Below, one piece after another: positions 34,974 through 39,491 of a stretch of 39,491 nucleotides of DNA; within the stretch, counting starts at the first letter, position 1; each line of letters begins with the position of its first letter. This stretch comes from a virus. The translations under genes were made by a program, and so were the position numbers. The stretch is from IMG/VR virus record IMGVR_UViG_3300045988_177631. One strand, 5' to 3'. The notes beneath the pieces are model-generated. The model made no database searches and was not told the origin of the DNA. It saw only the letters and a program-made list of their open reading frames with translations.

Positions 34974-36397
34974 AGGAGTCCCTCGAGTTTGAATGCGGCC
35001 GTCTCAGTCAATCGGTTCAGGGCGCGCGAGATGGCGTCAATTGTATCATCGTGCTTGCCAACAGGGGCAGCGGCAAACTCATCCAGCACTGGACGGGCTT
35101 GCTCCGCCGAGCAGACCACGTGGAAGCGCCCGTCCTGCACGATCGAGGACAGTGGGCGAGCACGGGTCATCTTGTCTCCGGTCTCCCTGCTGGTGTGCAC
35201 GGCATACCCCGTGAGGGCGATCGAGTACTGGTCGGCCGCCCGTTTGCCGGCGGCACCAGGATCGATCGGCAGGGACTGCTCGACCAACGGCCCATCCATG
35301 GCGGCCGTCCGCTTGATGGTGGCGTCCACCTTGGCCGAGCCCCACTGGCCACGCACAACGTCCAGCAGGTAGACTCGGCCGGTGTCGTCGTGGATGCCAA
35401 CCAGTGCGCCCACGGTGTAGTCGCCCGCCCCCTCTGTGGCGGCCAAGTCCCAGCCCCGACACAGGCGCAGCTGCGGCAGGATCTCGCCATCCTTGACCAC
35501 CACTATATTAGAGGGGTCCAGATAGCCGCCGGACCGCGGGGCCGGCTGCTGCTGGAGCTGCGATGCCGAGCCGTAGGGTCCAAGCCGGCGCTCCAATGCC
35601 GCAACGGCGTCAGCATCGAATCTCTCCGGGAAGAAGAGCACCCCCTCCGGACCTCCCGTGCGCGGGTCCGTGAACCGCTGGGTGTTGTTGACGAACTTGC
35701 TGTCCCAGCGCATCGGGATGATCAGCTTCTCGTAGGTCGGGTCGGACAAGGCGATAGCCGCCGGATCCGACTCGTGGATCCGCTGCATGATCATCACGAT
35801 GGCGCTCTTCCGGTCATTGACCCGACTCGGAACTGTCTCGTTGAAGATCCGACCAGCCTCTTCGATGGCGGCGCGGCTGAACGCATCTTCCACGGTCATC
35901 GGATCGTCGATGATCACCCGGTCGCCCCGCTCCCCGGTCATGTTCCGGAATGCCATGCACACGCGTTGGCCGTAGGCCGTCGTCTCGAAGTTGATCTTCG
36001 AGTTCTGGTCCTTGGTCAGCTCAACGTGAGGGAAGAGGCTCCGGTACTCCGGGCTCTGCACCAGCCGCCGCATCTTGCGGGCGTCACGGGCCGAGAGCTG
36101 GGTGTTGTGGGCCACGCCGATGAACTTCAGGTTCGGTCGCCCGCAGGCCCACTCCCACGCTGGCCACATGACTGACACAAGCAGGCTCTTCATCGAGCCC
36201 GGGGGCACATTGATGACCAGACGCGTGATCTCGCCGCGTGACACGGCCTCCAGGTGCTCGCACATGGCGTCCAGGGCCCAACCCCAGGCGATCGGGCGGT
36301 CGTTCTCCAGGACCGGCCAGAAGACCCCCACGAAGTTCCTCAGGCTGCGGATAGAGTACTCCCGCAGCAACTGAGTGGCGAGCACATCAGCTTTCAC
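34970..36397 (-). CDS. terL: Terminase large subunit
   Basis: ORF track 475 aa. Walker A-like VPPGSMKS, Walker B RVIIDD and C-terminal nuclease motif GKHDDTIDA. Confidence 0.85.
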   Translation of the reverse strand: MKADVLATQLLREYSIRSLRNFVGVFWPVLENDRPIAWGWALDAMCEHLEAVSRGEITRLVINVPPGSMKSLLVSVMWPAWEWACGRPNLKFIGVAHNTQLSARDARKMRRLVQSPEYRSLFPHVELTKDQNSKINFETTAYGQRVCMAFRNMTGERGDRVIIDDPMTVEDAFSRAAIEEAGRIFNETVPSRVNDRKSAIVMIMQRIHESDPAAIALSDPTYEKLIIPMRWDSKFVNNTQRFTDPRTGGPEGVLFFPERFDADAVAALERRLGPYGSASQLQQQPAPRSGGYLDPSNIVVVKDGEILPQLRLCRGWDLAATEGAGDYTVGALVGIHDDTGRVYLLDVVRGQWGSAKVDATIKRTAAMDGPLVEQSLPIDPGAAGKRAADQYSIALTGYAVHTSRETGDKMTRARPLSSIVQDGRFHVVCSAEQARPVLDEFAAAPVGKHDDTIDAISRALNRLTETAAFKLEGLL

Positions 36398-36852
36398 AGG
36401 ACGGGCGCCCGCCCGATAGCGGCAAGGGCCTCCTTGATGTTGGCGGACTCCGTGTTCGACAGGTCCATGGCCTCAGCCTTTGTGGTAGCCCCACCAGTCA
36501 CGTCCAGCAACCTCCCCAGAGCCTGCAAGCGGACGGACTCGGACTCGGCTCCCAGTGCCAGCTGATACAGCCCCTGCATGGCCCGCGCACGGATGGCGGC
36601 CATGTTGGCCTCGGTAACCTCCAGCTGACGCAGCGACAGCTCGTTCTGCACGTCGTCGCGGTCGAGCAGAATCTCGGCCACCTGTGCCTCGCGCCCCTTC
36701 CACACGCCCAGCCGACGCAAGGCCTTCCTGCCGTTGTAGTCAACCAGGTAGGTGGCCACGAAGTCGTCCAGCGTCACCCCCTGGAAGATGTCTTCCCACG
36801 GATGTTCGCGAAGAGCCGTCTCGTTGATGGGAGGGAGATGCGGAGGTTTCAT
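36394..36852 (-). CDS. terS: Terminase small subunit
   Basis: ORF track 152 aa. GTGA-coupled to terL. Has an N-terminal helix-turn-helix-like segment. Confidence 0.6.
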   Translation of the reverse strand: MKPPHLPPINETALREHPWEDIFQGVTLDDFVATYLVDYNGRKALRRLGVWKGREAQVAEILLDRDDVQNELSLRQLEVTEANMAAIRARAMQGLYQLALGAESESVRLQALGRLLDVTGGATTKAEAMDLSNTESANIKEALAAIGRAPVL

Positions 36853-36881
36853 CGGGAATCAGACGTTCGGTGCTGCCCACA

Positions 36882-36890
36882 ATTCTAGCA
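36882..36890 (-). promoter_or_regulatory. Candidate late promoter, extended -10 TGCTAGAAT upstream of terS
   Basis: Read directly. No good -35, which suggests activator dependence. Confidence 0.4.
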
Positions 36891-36951
36891 TCTGGAGTGC
36901 ACGGCCTCGCCCGGGACGACCCGTGGTCGCGGCCAGGTCAAAGGCGCCGAA

Positions 36952-36967
36952 CTGTATGCGCATACAG
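36952..36967. promoter_or_regulatory. LexA (SOS) box CTGTATGCGCATACAG
   Basis: Perfect 16-bp palindrome fitting CTGT-N8-ACAG. As I recall it, differs at one base from the E. coli recA operator core CTGTATGAGCATACAG. Confidence 0.7.
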
Positions 36968-36999
36968 CTCCAAAATGAGAATGACAATCCTGATCAAGC

Positions 37000-37021
37000 T
37001 GTAACAAGGTGTATCGTTACA
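37000..37021. promoter_or_regulatory. Operator-like inverted repeat TGTAAC-N10-GTTACA in the AT-rich island
   Basis: Read directly. Further half-sites lie at 37038-37043 and 37094-37099. The 13-mer GTGT(A/G)TCGTTACA is repeated at 37009 and 37087. Confidence 0.4.
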
Positions 37022-37112
37022 ATTTGTAGGACTTTTTTGTAACAGAAATTTTGGACCTAAGTTATTGATTCTGAACGATTTAAAAAGTGTGTCGTTACAT
37101 TTAACGTAGGTA

Positions 37113-37167
37113 CCCCTCTTTGGAAAAGCAGACTTTTTATATAGTCTTCCCTAAAGGGGCTTTTGTT
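37113..37167 (+). terminator. Candidate compound hairpin/terminator in the AT-rich island
   Basis: CCCCTcTTTGG pairs with CCcTAAAGGGG around an inner AGACT/AGTCT stem, followed by cttttgtt. Confidence 0.3.
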
Positions 37168-37335
37168 AAATGAATGTCAAATCTAGATGAGAACAATTTA
37201 CTAAACATCCGGAGGTGACGCCCCTCTCTCGGGCCTTTGCCCCTCCCTTTGCCTCGCGCTCGAGTGACCGGTATGCCGTTCGCCGCGCCGTGGCCGCCGC
37301 TCATCAGCCGCCTTGCCCCCTTGTGATCGCAGGGG

Positions 37336-37364
37336 TTGACAACCGTGTGCGAGGCGTGTACAGT
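37336..37364 (+). promoter_or_regulatory. Sigma70-like promoter TTGACA-N17-TACAGT (P1 of the ORF-free region)
   Basis: Read directly. The spacer carries TGTGCGAGG. Confidence 0.6.
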
Positions 37365-37370
37365 TCACCC

Positions 37371-38150
37371 ATCGACAGCGACAACGCTGGTCCGATGGCA
37401 GGGTCGGGTCCCAGACGGGAGCAACCGCAGACCTGGAGCCGATGGCGGATAGAAGGCGGAGTCAAAGTCCAAGGAATCAAGGTGCTTGACAGCGTGCAGA
37501 GACTCTGTCACAATGCCAAGCATCAAGCGGTAGCACCCGGCAACGCGTCGTGTGTGGATTGAAACTGAAGGTGAAATCCCGGGTGCTTTGAACGAGATCA
37601 TTGAACGGCCGGTCGGGTACAAGGCGATGCGAGTCTCAGGCTAGAGCGCGAGGCCTCCTAACTCCGGCAATGCAGCACCAAACGAGCACAGAACGTGGCG
37701 GTAGGAACAATCCTTGGGGTCAGAGGCCCCGAGCTCTAAATCCGCCAAAAGGGCAGCACAAGCCGCAGGGACTGAGTCTGGCTACCCCCGAAAGGGGGCG
37801 CAGGGTGACAAGGGAACCTGGGACCGCGCGTAACGGCGGGCCTGGCGCGAAGTCAGGGATTCCGACGATTGTGGTAGGCTGTAACCGTGTATCCCGTCAC
37901 GGGGTCGTACCGCCGCCAGCATCGGGGGCTAGCGCTGGCGAGCATCAATCTCCGGACAGTAGACGTTGACGCGTCTACTGGCTCAAGCACAGAGGGGTGC
38001 ACACCACTGTGTCAGGCCTAACGGAGGCAGGTTAAGTGCGTAATACCCGGGACAAATGAGCGGCACACAGAGCCCTCCTACCACGTCAATGGCTGGAGGT
38101 GACGTGCAAAGCGCTGCGGCCCGGGTTTCCTGCCTTTCATCTCCACCGAC
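37371..38150 (+). ncRNA. Candidate large structured non-coding RNA or long leader, class unknown
   Basis: No credible ORF on either strand, two early-type promoters facing in, and many GC-rich hairpins including a GNRA loop. The boundaries are approximate. Confidence 0.35.
37486..37514 (+). promoter_or_regulatory. Sigma70-like promoter TTGACA-N17-CACAAT (P2 of the ORF-free region)
   Basis: Read directly. Confidence 0.6.
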
Positions 38151-38158
38151 GAGCGGTA

Positions 38159-38188
38159 TTGACGCGACACTCATCCATGCGTTATGAT
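38159..38188 (+). promoter_or_regulatory. Sigma70-like promoter TTGACG-N18-TATGAT for the primase-helicase gene
   Basis: Read directly. Lies about 35 nt upstream of ATG 38224. Confidence 0.55.
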
Positions 38189-38223
38189 TCGCGTATCGTC
38201 AACGCTCACATGAGGCCTTCGGT

Positions 38224-39491
38224 ATGAAACTGTCACAACTGATCAAACACTGGGGGGTTGCTCGCAATCCCGCGAATGGTGACAAGCGCCCCTGGGGCAT
38301 CTCTCCGTCATCGGGCGGATGGATGCCGCTCTCAACCACTGACTTGCGTGGCTGGATGTCCGCCAAGGACGCGTGGGCCGCCGCCAAGAAGCTCGGTCCG
38401 TCTGCCCGAATCGGCGCCCTGCTGACCCCGGGCTGCGGCGTAACCGTGGTCGATATGGACGAGGACTATGCCTCGGACCAGATGGCCATGGTCGAGTGGA
38501 TGGACTCCTACGCCGAGATCTCCTCGAGCGGCCGTGGCACGCACATCTTCGTGCAGGCCAACCTGGCAGGCGGCGTCCGCGACGCGAAGCAGGACATCGA
38601 GGTCTATGGCCAGGAACGGTTCATCATCGTCACTGGCAACGTGATCAACGGCTGGGACGTGGTTGAGCCGCGTCAGGCCAAGATCGACCGCCTGGTGGCT
38701 CGTCTGGGCGGCCTGAAGTCCACGGTCAAGCCGGTTGCAGCCACTGTCACGGCCGGGGCCTCCGATGAGGCCTGTCGCGCCGCCCTGCAACGCGTGTGGA
38801 AGCAGGACAGGATCAAGAGGCTCTGGAAGGGCGACTGGCAGGCCATGGGCTACCCGTCGCAGTCCGAGGCCGATATGGCTCTGATCGAGGCACTGTGCTG
38901 GGCCACGGAAGATGACGCTGTGGTTGCCGCGACGTTCCGGAAGTCTGGTCTTGGCCAGCGCCAGAAGGCCCAGACCAATTACGTTGAGCGGACGATCAAT
39001 AGCCTGCGGAAGCGCCGCGAAGTCGGATCCGAGTACACGGAGATGGCTCATGCCATCGCCGGTATGGCATACTCCGAGACGTTGGTTGCCAAGGAAGCCG
39101 ATAAGGCTCAGGAGGTTGAGGCTAGGATGAGTCAAATTGACCCGCGGGACGCAATGATCCAGCGCTTGCTGGATCAGGTAACGGCGCTCACGGCCCAGGT
39201 TGCCGAACTGACCAAGCAGCTGGCCGAGGCTCGCGCGCCAAAGCCGGAGCCCGAGCCGCCGTCACCCGCTCGTTACACGGTCGATGAGAACGGTGTGATT
39301 GAAGAGGTTGACGAGGCTGCTGAAGAGATCGGCGAGGAAGAAGAGGGCGAGGCCGTCGTCGAGCAGTCCGACTGGATGGACCGGATGTTCGCGCGCGCCA
39401 ATGAGATGGCTCAGTCCGGCGAGCTCGACGTCCTGAAGGAGACGAGTGAGGAAGTGCCTGACATCGAGGATACGGTGGCTGTGATCAAGAC
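38224..39491 (+). CDS. Primase-polymerase/helicase fusion, N-terminal part (open at the window end; continues at 3..1400)
   Basis: ATG with gagg 8 nt upstream. I translated the frame to 39491 without meeting a stop. Prim-pol-like VVDMDED and SSGRGTHIF motifs. Absent from the ORF track because it has no stop inside the window. Confidence 0.8.
   Translation, partial: MKLSQLIKHWGVARNPANGDKRPWGISPSSGGWMPLSTTDLRGWMSAKDAWAAAKKLGPSARIGALLTPGCGVTVVDMDEDYASDQMAMVEWMDSYAEISSSGRGTHIFVQANLAGGVRDAKQDIEVYGQERFIIVTGNVINGWDVVEPRQAKIDRLVARLGGLKSTVKPVAATVTAGASDEACRAALQRVWKQDRIKRLWKGDWQAMGYPSQSEADMALIEALCWATEDDAVVAATFRKSGLGQRQKAQTNYVERTINSLRKRREVGSEYTEMAHAIAGMAYSETLVAKEADKAQEVEARMSQIDPRDAMIQRLLDQVTALTAQVAELTKQLAEARAPKPEPEPPSPARYTVDENGVIEEVDEAAEEIGEEEEGEAVVEQSDWMDRMFARANEMAQSGELDVLKETSEEVPDIEDTVAVIK
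39437..39491. repeat. 55-nt terminal direct repeat, exact copy of 1..55
   Basis: Read directly. Confidence 0.95.

Noticed and set aside
37455-37475. GGCGGAGTCAAAGTCCAAGG resembles the RNase P RNA CR-I segment GAGGAAAGTCCGGGC
   Set aside because: The other universally conserved RNase P segments (the ACAGAAnCCGGCTTA region and the P4 partners) are absent. I also recognised no tmRNA or tRNA-like T-arm.
37215-37562. ORF-track ORF of 115 aa on the plus strand in the divergent region
   Set aside because: The GTG start is fused to the ggagg with no spacing. The product is Arg/Ala/Pro/Gly-rich, like a random frame of GC-rich DNA. Two consensus-like promoters (37336 and 37486) lie inside it.
37567-37583. 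GAAGGTGAAATCCCGGG resembles the GGTGAAAATCC core of cobalamin riboswitches
   Set aside because: I could not find the B12 box or the other conserved cobalamin-riboswitch segments downstream. The resemblance is limited to about 10 nt.
37601-37969. ORF-track ORF of 122 aa on the plus strand
   Set aside because: It has a TTG start and no RBS. The product is extremely Arg/Gly/Pro-rich with no hydrophobic core pattern. The DNA here folds into many hairpins, so a non-coding reading fits better.
1-39491. Search for integrase, CI/Cro-like repressor, ParAB, toxin-antitoxin, tRNA, reverse transcriptase and methyltransferase genes across the whole window
   Set aside because: I recognised no characteristic motif in any track ORF (tyrosine or serine recombinase catalytic residues, HTH-S24 peptidase, deviant Walker ParA, YxDD). 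Absence judged by eye is weak evidence, and the several unknown 80-260-aa proteins should be profile-searched.

Overview
The window is one complete, GC-rich tailed-phage genome of about 39.4 kb with a contractile-tail (myovirus-type) structural module. It closes on itself: nt 1-55 are repeated exactly at 39437-39491. A primase-helicase gene starting at 38224 runs off the right end and continues in frame at the left end (stop at 1400). The plus-strand early arm (38224, wrap, to 18781) encodes replication and recombination functions: prim-pol/helicase, a PD-(D/E)xK resolvase-like nuclease, a Sak4-like ATPase, an SSB with a DDDIPF tail, a Cas4-like exonuclease, an SF2 helicase, a beta-helix protein, a dNMP kinase and a DEDD exonuclease. 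It also holds many small unknown, exported or membrane proteins, punctuated by sigma70-like TTGACA-N17 promoters and UUCG-loop terminators. This arm converges at a bidirectional terminator (18805-18828) with the minus-strand late arm (36852 down to 18828). The late arm encodes terS, terL, portal, a Mu-F-like head protein, scaffold/protease, a decoration-like protein, major capsid, connectors, sheath, tube, chaperones, tape measure, baseplate V/W/J, fibers, and a lysis cassette with an M15 endolysin and Rz/Rz1. I recognised no tRNA, rRNA, CRISPR array, integrase, CI-like repressor or partition genes. Two non-genic regions stand out. (i) A ~1.37-kb gene-free divergent region (36853-38223) holds a strong LexA box, an AT-rich operator island, and ~0.8-1 kb of GC-rich, hairpin-dense sequence transcribed from two early-type promoters; this is a candidate large structured RNA. 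(ii) A plasmid-style origin module (two tandem perfect DnaA boxes, 14 copies of an ATTTGCTAAAAGT iteron, an AT-rich spacer) abuts the promoter of an unknown 258-aa gene. CDS ends come from the ORF track. Starts that I moved and all motif coordinates were indexed by eye and may be off by 1-2 nt.
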